Shown here one piece after another: positions 49,849-62,300 of a DNA stretch of 64,000 bases; position 1 is the first letter of the stretch; every line of letters starts with the position of its first letter. The translations under genes and the position numbers were made by a program. The stretch is from Phoronis australis (taxonomy: Eukaryota; Animalia; Phoronida): assembly GCA_002633005.1 (NCBI GenBank), contig NMRA01000617.1:70367-134366 (forward strand), read 5' to 3'. The notes beneath the pieces are model-generated. The model did not search any database. It was not told where the DNA came from and was given only the letters and a program-made list of their open reading frames with translations.

Positions 49849-52800
49849 TCTGTTGGGATTGTTGATGTTAATCCAACCTGGCATCTTGCAAAACAACCCC
49901 TCTTGAACGGGAATCTCTTACAATTTCATCATGAAAATCATGGTGATCTCAAAATTTATGTGTCATGACAGCTATTGGCTTTTCCTGCAAAGTAATTTTG
50001 ACATTAAAAATTGGTTTGGAGCAGTTTTTTTAGAAGAATTTTGTGAAAGCTGTTGGCCTTCTATTCTTCGCTTGGCCTTTGAATCCGTTGCCTACTTCTT
50101 GATTTGCATTAGTCATTTCATTGGTAATCTTTAACAGTACGCGTAAAAGTCAAAAGTATGAATTTTCCTAAACATTTTTCAACTGTTCAACTAGATATAT
50201 ACACCGTCATGCGGCTCACTTGGGCTGGTCATAGGAGGAGATAGTATTTTATGCTAAATACTTGGTATTTAGAAGTGCGTATAGGTGATGTGATGAACAA
50301 GTATGGATTGTGGCTCATCACGTTTTATTCTCTTTCAATACTGTTCATCTAAATTCTCAGTTGTGTTGTCGGTATGACAACACAAGCTTTTTGAACTTAT
50401 ACCTTTTGTAAATTGGGACCATGGATTATTGAAGGATGGTATCATACAAGCTCATTTTGAGGCCTATGAAGTGTTTAGAGACCACTTTATGAGAGCTGTG
50501 ACGTCTTCTGTGCATTTGAATTTCACAAATTTGACATGATTCTTCATGTGGTAACACATATGCGGGAGGAGTGAAATTTTATTTTCTCATTTTTCATAAA
50601 AAACATTTGGTATCAAAGGAATGCTTTACCGTGTTCAAGTTCTGCACCACATCTACCTTGTGGGCATTGACAAAAGTGTTAGACCTTGAAAAACAAAAAG
50701 GTAATTTTGGTAATTATTTTGTACCAAAATTGGTGGTATTATGCCACACTTTAATCATGGATTATCACAAATGGCACTAACTTGCTATAGGTGAGTGCAA
50801 CCCCTTAATTTGCCTGTTCCTAGTTGTCCCCATATGTTTACTCAGACTGAACAGGGAAGTGGTTGATCTGGGATTTCATAAACAGTGGAAATTGTACAAT
50901 TTTCTTGAAAATTGACACTTGCACCAGAACACGTTATTCCACAGAGAACTTGACCCTAGTGTCAGCTTGGTATATGGCTGATATAATTTGGTTTACAACT
51001 CAAGTCAGTTGTGCTATAGTGCAAACTTTGCGAAACTAGAGTTTGAAACACTAGTTTCGCATATTCACAGTTATCACTTCATCGCCAGACATGACTGTGA
51101 TAATCAGTTTATTTTTGAAATGGTGAATTGATTCTCAACTGTGAGTGGCATATTTGATTGTTGGGCCAACTGCTAATATGTCCAGTTTCACAGTTAATGA
51201 ATGTATTTATATATATATTACATGCATGGTGTCTGAAATAAATTATCCCTGCATTGTTATCCAGATTTTCTTAAGGTGTTCTCCTGGGGCTTGTTTAATG
51301 AAAAGTGACCTAAATCAGAAATTTGGTCAACATAACGATTTCTGAAAAGTAATTGAATCTCGCTAATGAGCACAACTAGTCACTGAGATATACCCATGAC
51401 TTTTAGTTACTCACTGACATGATTTATGTAATTATTTCGTGGCTTTGATGTGCTAATATTTACATGGCTGGACATTTATTATAAAGTGGTAGTGTGAGGC
51501 CAAATTTCTGTCTTAAAGTGTCACTTTTCGTAGAACAGGTCCACTGCTCAAAAAGGGACTTGATCACTCATATCCAAATGTTTTGACCTCTGCATGCAAA
51601 TAGGGGACAAGTAGATGACATCATTCCTGGAGATTCGGGGTGAGTTATCTTACCTATGTTTTTTAAACACAATTTTTGAAGAAGTCACTCCCAAACTTTA
51701 CCAACCCTACTACCGTAATGTTGGTTAGTTACGATTTCATTGGTTGTTTGAAAATTGCACACGATGGCCACCTTTTCGCTGCAAGCACACTTGCAGTTGG
51801 CGTAATATTTATTAAGGTCACATAAACATGGAGAAGGGTGTCTGGTACCTTCTACTTTTTTCTACAGACACTTTTGCACTCTTCAAAATGCATAACTTGG
51901 GCAGCCAAAACATGGTAGTAATGACCCTTGTTGGGTATAGTCAGTTCTGAAAATTGTGTTGTTTTGAAGAGCTTTGGGGAGAGAGAAGTGCTAGAAGGAA
52001 TAGGCGGTTCTAAATCAAAGGATGGACCACCCCACGTACAGCTAATGTGACCGTTGATTGGCTTGGACACTCTTCGTCAGTCGAAAGGCGTGGCTGAATG
52101 GACAGCACACTCACGGATTTGAACCCGCTTATTTATCAGGTTATTTGAAAGATCGTTTCTACAAATAACGTGAACAGCAATGAGGAGCTGAAGAGAGAAC
52201 TCACTGAAATATTCGGCACGCACGCCTCTGTCGACGAATGCAGTCGCTGAAAACTTCACTCGCTACCTGCAAGTATACTTGCAGCAAAAACTGTGTACAC
52301 ATAGGCAATGAAACGGTAACGACTAAACAGTTTTTGTTACCTGGTGGAAATGTCATCCACTCGTAGTGGTTTTGATCTGTAAAGTTTGGTGTTGGTGCAT
52401 GTAAAATAGCTTAAATTTTGAACCGCACTGTAGGCTATTAGAAAACCCACAAAGCCGAAAGATGACAAACACAGTTTAGCTAATTGACATGTTTGCCATT
52501 TCCATCAGTTAATTAGGCCAACAAATTGTATAATTGGTTCTGGTATGTGTTTTTTTTTTGAAAACTGACGAGGCGGTGCGGTATTTTTAGTTGTTTTATA
52601 ACTCGAAAAAGCATGTCGGTCACTTGGTGCCCAACGTCATCAGAAAGATTGCATTCAGTTCCTTCCTTTTTTATCTCCAGCGTAACCTGATGCCAGCTGA
52701 CATTGTTCAGAATCCTCTTTCCTTTTTATATTTGGCTTCTGCCTCACCGTATGCCAGCTGACATGGCGGTCGGGACCCTTCTTAACCCCAGCGCCACCCC

Positions 52801-54937
52801 ACAATGCCAGCGTTGAACAAAACCAATTACGCTATTTTGTGCCCTTAGTTCACTAGACTCGTGGACAGATATAATAAGTGTTTGCTTGATTGGTGAATCG
52901 AGAGCGTCTGTTTACGCAACGCGAGTAATTAGCTGCCGTGCTAGGCTAAGGACGAGGCATGCAATTTTCCAAATCACGTTTTTTAGAGTTCACTTTGGAA
53001 GTCCCAACTTCCCAAGTCATTATTTTTAGCGTTTACCAATATCATCGATCTTTAACGTCTTCATACCCTCAAACTGATGCCTTTGCTGCCGTCATAGCGG
53101 TCATTGACTGAAACTTTGAGACACGATTATTGAACTACCGTAGTCTCACTTGTGTGAGCTGTCGGGAAGAAAGTAAACTTCCAGGATAGCCCTAACACGA
53201 GGCACTTTTCGCCGCCAAGCCCATGCATTGATTTCAGAAGGGGAAGATTTGGCCCATGCATGCTCACACCGGTGTTTCGGTGTTTCAGGTATATTATTCT
53301 TGTCATAACATGCTTTCTTGTGTCATTTTATCTATTTTCAATTGTGCACTTCCTGTACATTTCTCATTTAAACAACATAACGCCACACGAATGTTCACAA
53401 ACCAGATCAGCATTACTACCAATAAATTCTCTCCAGAACGTCTTGCGGGCGCTAATACAAAACTGTCAACACAATTTGCCTACAATCACGGCTCTCCTAT
53501 TTCTTTCCATTACTCTGCAACATTTAATCGTGACCAAAGTAAACTAGATAAAATCTGCCAGAAGCTAATTCAATTTTCCTAGGTCAAATTAATAAAGAGT
53601 ATATGAAATACCTTGAAATATAAGATGCGAATGTCAATTTCCTTGTTAATGCAGCAATAAATTATTACGTTTGATTTGCACGACAGTCCCAATTCAATTA
53701 AGGCTTTAATTGAAGGAAGGTAATTAGTATTTGATTAATTCGAATTAATTGGTATGAGAATTGCGGGATCATTTATATTATTCGCAATATATCGTTTTAT
53801 GTTGTTCGTTCATCGAGTCACTCTTGTTCGGTGTAAGGTCACTTTCAGCAGCGAGGGCGATTGTAAACCAAAGAGCGTGGCAGCCACGAGAAATGCTTGG
53901 GTTTTTTGCATTGGCGGCGCACCGTAGGGGGCTGTTTTTTCAGTGCTGCGCCGCCCACCGGCGGTCTACGGGCGATGCACCACAAGGGGGCTGGGAGGCC
54001 ATAGCTCCCACTTTTTCCAGTGCTGCGCTGCCCATGTAACGTGATAAAGAATTGTCCACTTGCGAGTTTCCCATGAAATGAGAGCTTGAGGGGGAGTGGG
54101 AACGACAAAATCCCCAGTTGTATAGCCGGGCTGCGTTCCGTAGACGGAGGACGCTCGGGAGTAAAGCCAGTGTGATGATAAAGTCTACAACCTTGCTCGT
54201 GCTAACTAATTAGCGTTTTATGCTACTACAGATCTCCCTCCCTGGGGCAGTAACAATGATGCGTTCCGTAGACCCAAGGCACTTGCGAAGTGTTTGGGGG
54301 GATAAATCTTTCCTATATTGGAATATAATTCAATATTTCAACCCCACCAACCAAGCTGTTCGGTCGACATTTTGCTAGGGACTGTTGTAAATCCTCAAGC
54401 TCAGTCGAGAAACACTGGCCTTTCACTCCTTTGACTTTCGTGGTTTTGCTTGATATTGCTTTTTTCGCGATATTCTTGCGTCTAAGAAACATGCCATATG
54501 GTAATGTTCAGTAGTTTTAAAAGTTTCTTGCGATAAAAGTGAGATCACACTAGACTTCCAGGCGAGCGAAAAGCGAGTGTTCCAGTTCGTAAGTATGCTC
54601 GACTAAAGAGTTTAGGCCTAGATTTGGCGTAACATAGAAAAATGGCGGCCATCGAAGTGATCGGTCGGTGAGGTTGGAATGTTGAATTATGGGATAAAAT
54701 TCATGTTTCCGCACGTGAAAGCTCATGTCTTAGATCAACGGAAAGTAGCACTTGGTTGAGTTCCGCAGAACGAGGCCAGTGCCCATGCATCTCTTGCTTA
54801 ATATATGACGATATCTCTCGAAATCTTAAGTGACTATATTACGATTTAGCGAGGTCAACAGAAATAGAACAAAACTCCACTTGCCTCTGAGTCGGACCTA
54901 CTCGCATTCCCACTTTCGTGCCGCATTCACCCAAAGA

Positions 54938-54992
54938 GAATAAGCTAGCCGTACTTTGGCAGAATAAGCTAGCCGTAGTTGGGCAGAATAAG
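54938..54992. repeat. Short tandem repeat (~23-bp unit, about 2.3 copies)
   Basis: AGAATAAGCTAGCCGTACTTTGGC AGAATAAGCTAGCCGTAGTTGGGC AGAATAAG. Confidence 0.75.
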
Positions 54993-57836
54993 AAGACGAA
55001 CATTAGAATAACGCATGCTTTTATTCGAATTACTCATCGACATAAAACACGTGAATCGTACAAGAAATATAATGTCATTTGATAACAAAGAACTTCGAAC
55101 AGACAGTCATAAAAGCAGTATAATATTTGCGTATTTTTTTCAAAAATGTTTCTTGCAATTTTTTGTACAAGCTGGTTGTTCGAACCCCAAGACATTTTGG
55201 CCGCATCATGACTTCTTGGCTCTGAACAATGTGTTTGAACCAGCATCACTACCACTATTGACATGTTAAGAACGTACCTTGCACTGAGTTTAAACGGTCG
55301 TTAATTTTATAATAGCTATGTTCTTTAGTTTTCTACACGAAAACGTTAGTATTTGGACCCAGAAACAATGTGAGGCGTCTTCTAAAATGCAATCGGCTTT
55401 TTTATATACAATAAAATTCATACAACTCGGACGCGTAACAAAATCGTATTTGACCTTCAAATAAAACCTCTCAGGCAAGTAGTTCAGTGGATATGATTTA
55501 TCATATGCGAATTTTACTGATGTACTTGAAACGTTTGACTTAAGAATGTAGGTGGACTACTATTAAAATATGTCTTCGAACACACGCTTTTGAATGATGC
55601 GTTTTGGAAATATAATCCAGGTATGCTTGTAGCGTTTCCAGTGATAAATGAACAAACATGAAGTAACTGTCTTAAAATAAAAGAGTGTTAGATTGTTTCT
55701 CAGTGTAACTCCGTTGGAATCAACTTCAATAAAATAAAATTACTTTCGAACACAAAATTAAATTGTAAATTGTTTTCGCCTTTCACGTACACGACTTCTT
55801 CAATAAAAATAATATAACACTTTACAATTAAACAAAACACGTACCCTTCCGACGATAATCAATAAACCATCAAACAAAGGCAGACATCGTTTTATCATTG
55901 AAGCTTGCGGAACTTGATTTCTGTTTCATCAAGTTATCCAACTCATGTACATTTGATCAGGCAACTTTTCAAAACAGATTAAATTAGTCGGCGCAAGGGC
56001 CTTTCCTCGACAATGACACGGGTACATTCTTGGACGGAGAATAAAATATCTTGCGAGTTTTCAAAAGCGGTGGACACGTCACTATAGAAGTTGTGACCAC
56101 CAGGAAATCGTCCCATAGACTTGGCTTCTTGCGAAAAATGCAAGAACTCGCAAGACCTCGCAAAATCACGAGAGTGAAAGGTGACTGTTTTGCTAATATG
56201 CTTGTGAGCTTACTTGCTCCAATCCTAACAAAATGGCGGCCGCTGAAGTGATTGGCTGACGAGGTTGGAGTGTTGAATTTTGGTATTGAATTCTCGGTTG
56301 CTGTTCCATAAGCAAAGATTTTTCAGCGTAAGAGCCAGCCAATGTCTTCTACGAAATTCAACCCCGATTTAGAAATCGATGTGAGGGGCCCGGACTCCCG
56401 ATCGGTCCCTTGAGTATGTATACTGCTCAGTTACGGAAGAATGTAGAGTACCCGCTGTGTCTTCCTATTTCCATAGACCCCCACTGGGTTCTAGCAATGA
56501 TCTTGGATTCTGACCTGCTGCCGTGAGACAGAGCTGTTACTTCTATCTTATACTAGCAACATTTACCATTAAAATGCTTTGACTGAGAGTGCCAGACTGT
56601 GGCATCTGTGTAGCTTCCATATTAGACAGCATTGCGTATTTTTTCTTTTACGTAAACTTTTGTCTGGCTATCTGAATGATAATGGAATACTAGTGAAGGC
56701 AAGGTGGCTTTTCAGGCTTACAGAGATGTCTTTAACGTGTTTGCGTTCAATGGCTTTGCGATGAAGTTAAATTGTAGCTTGGCAGAGTTCCGCTCGTTTA
56801 ACAACGTTGTTGACCTGATGCCTACAATCAAACTTGAGACTCAAACTTTCATATGCCTTCAGCGAAACAGTCTGAGGGTGATCTGTTAAGGACCTTCATA
56901 TCTTCCAATTTTGGATTCATATGAAACTTTCAGGTACTGCGCTTTATGCACTGTTAACTCTAAAACACTGCTAGAAATGGTTTTAAAAATGTCTCACTTT
57001 TGCATGCTGAGGCTATCAAAAATAGGACTTTCAAGATTTCAATCAGAAAACAAGAGTTAATAAAACGAAAACGGGGTGAAAATTTAAAAATATAACATCG
57101 TTTTCGAGATTTTATCTTGGACATCTATATCAAACGGCCATGTGATTGATGTAGTTGTTTGGCTATTAATGTACATTTCTTTTTTGCCAAATTGTACCAA
57201 TAAGACATGATCACGAGTTTGGTTCAAAGTGAAAAATCTACAGAGTTTCTCAATTCCGAAACGTTCACTTTCACCGAGTTAGATTTTGTGGTTTTGTAGA
57301 TATTCCGTGAATTCCCAGACTTGACGATAAGGTGCTTCATAACCTAACACTCGAAATATCTACGCTAGTCGTTTTACGCTCGTCCATTTACCGGCGTTCA
57401 TAATTTTACGCTAGTCGCTTAACGCTCATCGTATTACGAGCGTGACAGACAAGCGCAATTTTACCGACTTACAACTTTTCCAGATCTCACATCAAGGAGT
57501 TTACTACAATCCTTCCTCACATGTCCTGCAACGTAATCTCTCATTGGACATAGCGATTACGCTCGAAAAACACGTGAATGAAAGGTGTCCTTACGCCCGT
57601 AATTTACGAGCATAATATACGGGCCTCGCTCTCCCCAGCGACCAACGGTGTCCGAGTCTGTTTTCTGTGAAAATTTGTTCGGTGACTGTGATGTAACTAT
57701 CTGAGGGTGTCGGGGCTTCATCCCCTCACTTGATGATCGACCTTTCTGTGACAAGACTTAATTACAACGGTTTACCTGTGGGTTCAGTCTGGACTAGCAA
57801 ACCCCTGGGAAAGAATATTAGATCTGTCGCATATTG

Positions 57837-58097
57837 ATGAAGATCATAATATTGTCTGTTATTCTAACCATTGCGATCACACACGCTCCGACGACACTTG
57901 CTCAGTGGAATCACCCGAGTCGGTCTCGGTCACAACTTCGGATGCAAGGGCCTCGGAATACACCCGCGCCTTTTTCCGCAGATCGGCTACGCTGGATGAT
58001 GGCTCGTCATCAGACGCTAGGACGGTGCTATGCTGCGCACCCGACGATGTTCTGTTCCCGGGGATGTGATGTCCACCGTTACAGCACGCACACATAG
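57837..58097 (+). CDS. Candidate small secreted peptide precursor (86 aa)
   Basis: MKIIILSVILTIAITHAPTTLA-QWNHPSRSRSQLRMQ...: Met-Lys, a hydrophobic core and an apparent T-L-A cleavage site, followed by an Arg-rich region with 3 Cys. No homology recognised. Confidence 0.4.
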   Translation: MKIIILSVILTIAITHAPTTLAQWNHPSRSRSQLRMQGPRNTPAPFSADRLRWMMARHQTLGRCYAAHPTMFCSRGCDVHRYSTHT

Positions 58098-58626
58098 GCA
58101 ATCCTAAAATTGTGTAATTGTTCTGTGTAATACACCGTGTGGAATATAAAATATGTATTGTTCTTCAGCGCAGAAGTTGTTGATTTCTAAGCAAAAGTTT
58201 AAACTTCAAACGGAACCCGCCTTCTGTAAAAAAGACTTATGATTTTGACCAATTACGGTTGTAAAATTGGTGTGTAATTGTTCCATACTCATAATTTGGG
58301 GTTCAGGAGAACTAACCGTAGGTTACTCAGGTTAAGACCAGAACGTTCGCACCTGGTTGGTCATTTTATGAGCCGAACAATAGCGTCAAGCTGTGTTCTT
58401 CCAATAGTCAGTAATCACTTCTATGGAACAAGTTGAGATATGTTTTAGTTTGTTAATTGTCTAAATCAAAAGGAGTATAATACAGTAGATTCTCCGACTG
58501 TTGTTATGTGGGATAGGCCTATGAGACAGGGCTGAAGGTCATATAAGGTGTTCAGCAGATGCTTTCAATTCCGTTTCGTTGAAATGAAGACATTCAAGTT
58601 TGAAATAGTTAGCACAGTTTGTCCCT

Positions 58627-58755
58627 GAAAACATGTTTGAATATCTAACCTCTAAAAGCTAGATGAGGAAAACATGTTTGAACATCTAACCTCTAAAAGC
58701 TAGATAAGGAAAACATGTTTGAACATCTTACCTCTAAAAGCTGGATGAGGAAAAC
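58627..58755. repeat. 41-bp tandem repeat x3
   Basis: GAAAACATGTTTGAA(T/C)ATCTAACCTCTAAAAGCTAGAT(G/A)AG repeated three times. Confidence 0.85.
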
Positions 58756-58919
58756 CGAATCCTGGAAATAAAGCTGGACGTGAAGACAGAAATGGATTGA
58801 AACATGGCCGAAAACTTGAGCTGTTGAATCTGAAATGAAATATGAAGTTTTAAGTTAGAGACTGGTCATTTGGAAAATACAAATTCATTATAATTACCAT
58901 TAACATTAGTTTCATATTT

Positions 58920-59078
58920 GTCATCACAATCATCGTCGTTGTCGTCGTCGTCGTCGTTAGCTGCGTCATCATTCTCATCATCACCTTCATCATCGTCGTT
59001 GCGACCATCGTCATCAACAATATTCATCATCGCCACCGTTTCAACCTTCACCGTCATCACCGACCATCATCCTCATCA
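58920..59078. repeat. Degenerate (TCA/TCG)n trinucleotide microsatellite just 3' of the homeobox stop codon
   Basis: Runs of tcatcg/tcgtcg/tcacc. The Asp-rich ORF 58866..59060 is its by-product. Confidence 0.8.
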
Positions 59079-59108
59079 GGCTAACTAGCTACTAGAGGGC
59101 CTAACGGT

Positions 59109-59387
59109 CTACTCAAAATACTCCATCCATTTCTCTCGGTTCGATACGTACGGTTGGAAAAGTGGATGAAGCGCTTTTGGCGAAAATGCGAGACTGTTGT
59201 AGTTTGGAATGTTGATTTTTGCGTCAAGTCTGGGCGTTGCTTCTCTCCGTTCTGTTGCGTCATCACCCGTGTCCACTCCTCGGGAATCTCCGCTGTCTGG
59301 TAAAGTTGGTTGCACGCGCGACGTATGCTGTCCACCGTGGTAGCGCTCGCTTTTTCTCCACTTCGCTCGTCTGTTTTGAAACCACAC
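59109..59387 (-). CDS. Terminal coding exon of a PRD-class (paired-like, Q50) homeobox gene, possibly Drgx-like
   Basis: Polypyrimidine acceptor CTTTTTTTCTTAG directly before GTG TGG TTT CAA AAC AGA CGA = VWFQNRRAKWRKSER. This is the intron position between homeodomain codons 46 and 47 that is typical of PRD-class genes. The helix 1-2 exon was not found in the window and probably lies beyond 64000. No OAR motif seen. The family cannot be assigned from helix 3 alone. Confidence 0.85.
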   Translation of the reverse strand: MWFQNRRAKWRKSERYHGGQHTSRVQPTLPDSGDSRGVDTGDDATERREATPRLDAKINIPNYNSLAFSPKALHPLFQPYVSNREKWMEYFE

Positions 59388-62300
59388 CTAAGAAAAAAAG
59401 AAGAATCAATGCTTGTTTTTTATACTGAAAAGATAAAATTGCATTAAAGGTGAAAGTAGCTAATTGTCTAGCATTTTTTGTGTCATTTTCGATACCATCC
59501 CTACGGCCGTCTCAGAAAGTGTCGTACACTGGACTAATTCAGTTACGCTCAAATGTTTTGGATGCGCTGGCTTGCCTCAATAGATAATACATGTAGATTC
59601 AATTACAGCCCATTAATCTAGTAATCTAATAATCGTATCAATTTGCCTCGAGTAAACGCGTCAGAGAAAATCAACATTTAGGTTGCATAAACCTCTGTCT
59701 GTCTGTCTGACTGGAGATTTCTGATTTGGGCGTTTTGATCTCCCGCGTTCTTTTTAATACCGCGTTTACATTTCGCTGGAATTGGGCGCGAGTTGTCTCA
59801 GGTGCGAACTATTCCGGCAAAGGTGCCAACATAGTCCTTTCCAACTCGCTCTATTTCAAAAGGTGGTCAGATTGATCGAGATCGATTTCTCCCTTTTACA
59901 CATAATCATGAATATGGAACGAGAGCAACCGGAGTCACGTCAAGAAAAGCCAACATGCAGTTTCAGGACATGCATTGCCGGATTCGGTGGAACATAACGT
60001 GATATGCTGTATAACAAATACATGTAGCACCACACTATATCGCGTCTCGTCGCAGCTGCTAAATAGCAGCGTTCACGTCACGCAAGAATGAAAGTTATCC
60101 AGGATCCAGCTTTCAAAATTACGTTATTTGAATCCTAGAACAGACGAAGTTCTACTCAATTCAAGTCTTGTCCCTTTCCCCTAAAAGGAATACGTTTGTG
60201 TATACTAGACCCACCTACTGAAAAACTTAAATGTCGCTAAATTTTATCAGACTTACCGTTTCTGTAGTGATCAAGGCAAAAACTCTCATTTGTTTTGTTA
60301 CAATCACAGTAATCTAATTAAAGCAAGTGACATACGATTTTTAACACTTTCAAAACATTTCAACTGACGCATGATTGTTGGTTAGGTTCCAGAGTTGTTA
60401 AAAGTTGCATTTCGCCCTGTTTAGCTGGCTAAAAAACGAAAATCGAATTACACCTTTTACGGTCATAAAATTGGTCTCAAAATATCCCTTGCCGTGATAA
60501 AATTCTTACCGTTGCCAACATCGAAATATTGGGCGTCTCAAGAAAACGCTTCAGAGTTTATTAGGGTTAGCCAAACCTGAAATTTGCGAATTCGAAAATG
60601 GCTCATGTACGCATTGCTTGTTACTTGAGTTGGTAACGGAACTGGGGTCCCATCACGGTAAGGAATGTTATGAGATCGATTTCATGAAAGCAAGAGAAAC
60701 CCAGGTTAACACGGCGAAATGCGCCTTGTAAACTCCAGGCTACTACAAATCCCTCAACTTCGTACAACAAGTCTCAACTTGTTCCCTACACAGTTTTCAA
60801 GTAAATTCTGCGTGCGGGGAAAACTGACAGTTCGTTGTTGTTTGAGATCAAACTCAACACGCCGCCTTGACTCAGTTGGTCGGTTTTAAGTGCCGAGCAT
60901 GATCTCGAGCAATGGTGATCAGTCAGTCCTTATCAAGTCCAGAATACACTTCTAAACTGAGTATGGAAAAAAGTTCAGACCAATTTTGTAGGTAACTGGT
61001 CAAAATCAAATGTTGGTTTTTCGGCGTGATCACAGCAACTCAAACTGAGACTCGTTAAAGTAACGTAGGATACACCCATATCATAGCTAACGAGGTCGCG
61101 TTCATCGTTTATCTCGCGAAGACGCCTAACCGCGCAAGAAACAATATGTAGCCTCACGGAACGCAACTTTTTTTACCCTCGTGAATATCATACGATCACA
61201 GGAGTGTGGTCAATTCTCTCACCCTGCTTCCAGCTGGGATACGGTTGGATTACTACAATTATATTTTGTAAAAATAAAACGTCCATTGAGTGATGCCTTG
61301 CGGCGTGACGTCATTAGCGGTGTATTGCGTATTTCTAACGTATCGACAAGTTGACAAATTATTCACAACAAATTCATCGAATACTTTTAATTGGTCGTCT
61401 ACAACTTTTTCGCTGGAAATTACGTATCCGATGATGAACGTGGGTGTATGCGTTTCTCGCAAGTTGTCTATGGAAAACGCTTGCAACCTAGAACAAATGG
61501 TGATTCCGTTCGGTCTTGACGCCCATCTCTGTAGTTTCGTTTGGCTGTATCCAATACATTCGCTATTGGAAATGACATGTTAATCATGTAGGTAAGAGTT
61601 TTTTAATGGCATCGTTCTATGGGTCTTCCGAATATTTAATGTTAATTTACTATAAAATCGCACCATAGATTACAAGTTCGATATTATGATTAAAGAATTT
61701 CAGCCTAAAACGACTTTTAGCCAATAACAGCGATAACTTTTAACGTGAACTGGATCCATTTTACAAAAGCGTTTAAGTAATAACAAAAAATCTCAGGATG
61801 CTTATCGGGAGATAACAGTGAATTTTTTGTAGAAGACAGGACATGTCAGTATTACAGTACTCGCTATGAGTCACTAAACAACATGGCATGGCCTTCGGAA
61901 CAAGCATGCAATTTCTCTTCCGACAGCGTAGGAACAAACTGCGTTGAAAATGAATCGAAACACGGACTACATTAACGACGAGGATTGATAAATAACAGAT
62001 AACAACATTACCAGGTGCAGTGCGATTAATACAGTAATTAAATTTACATAATTAAATCAACCTTCATTTAAATTGAATTATACACTAGTATATATGGAGA
62101 CTCAAAGATACAGGCGCGTGTTTGCCAATAGATTTCGCATCAACTGCAAATCGAGTCGAAATAATGCAATCAAGGCGAATTTAATTTCATTATCGAAACA
62201 CGACGAGCTTTTTTAGCAAATGAAATTATAAGCCAGTGATGGCAGCGAGTTTTCAGATCTGGTGAAAAAGCGATGCAGATTTGACCGAGTCATGCTTTTT

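Noticed and set aside
58866-59060. Asp-rich 64-aa protein
   Set aside because: Translation of a degenerate GAT/GAC microsatellite in the homeobox 3' region; no independent gene signals.
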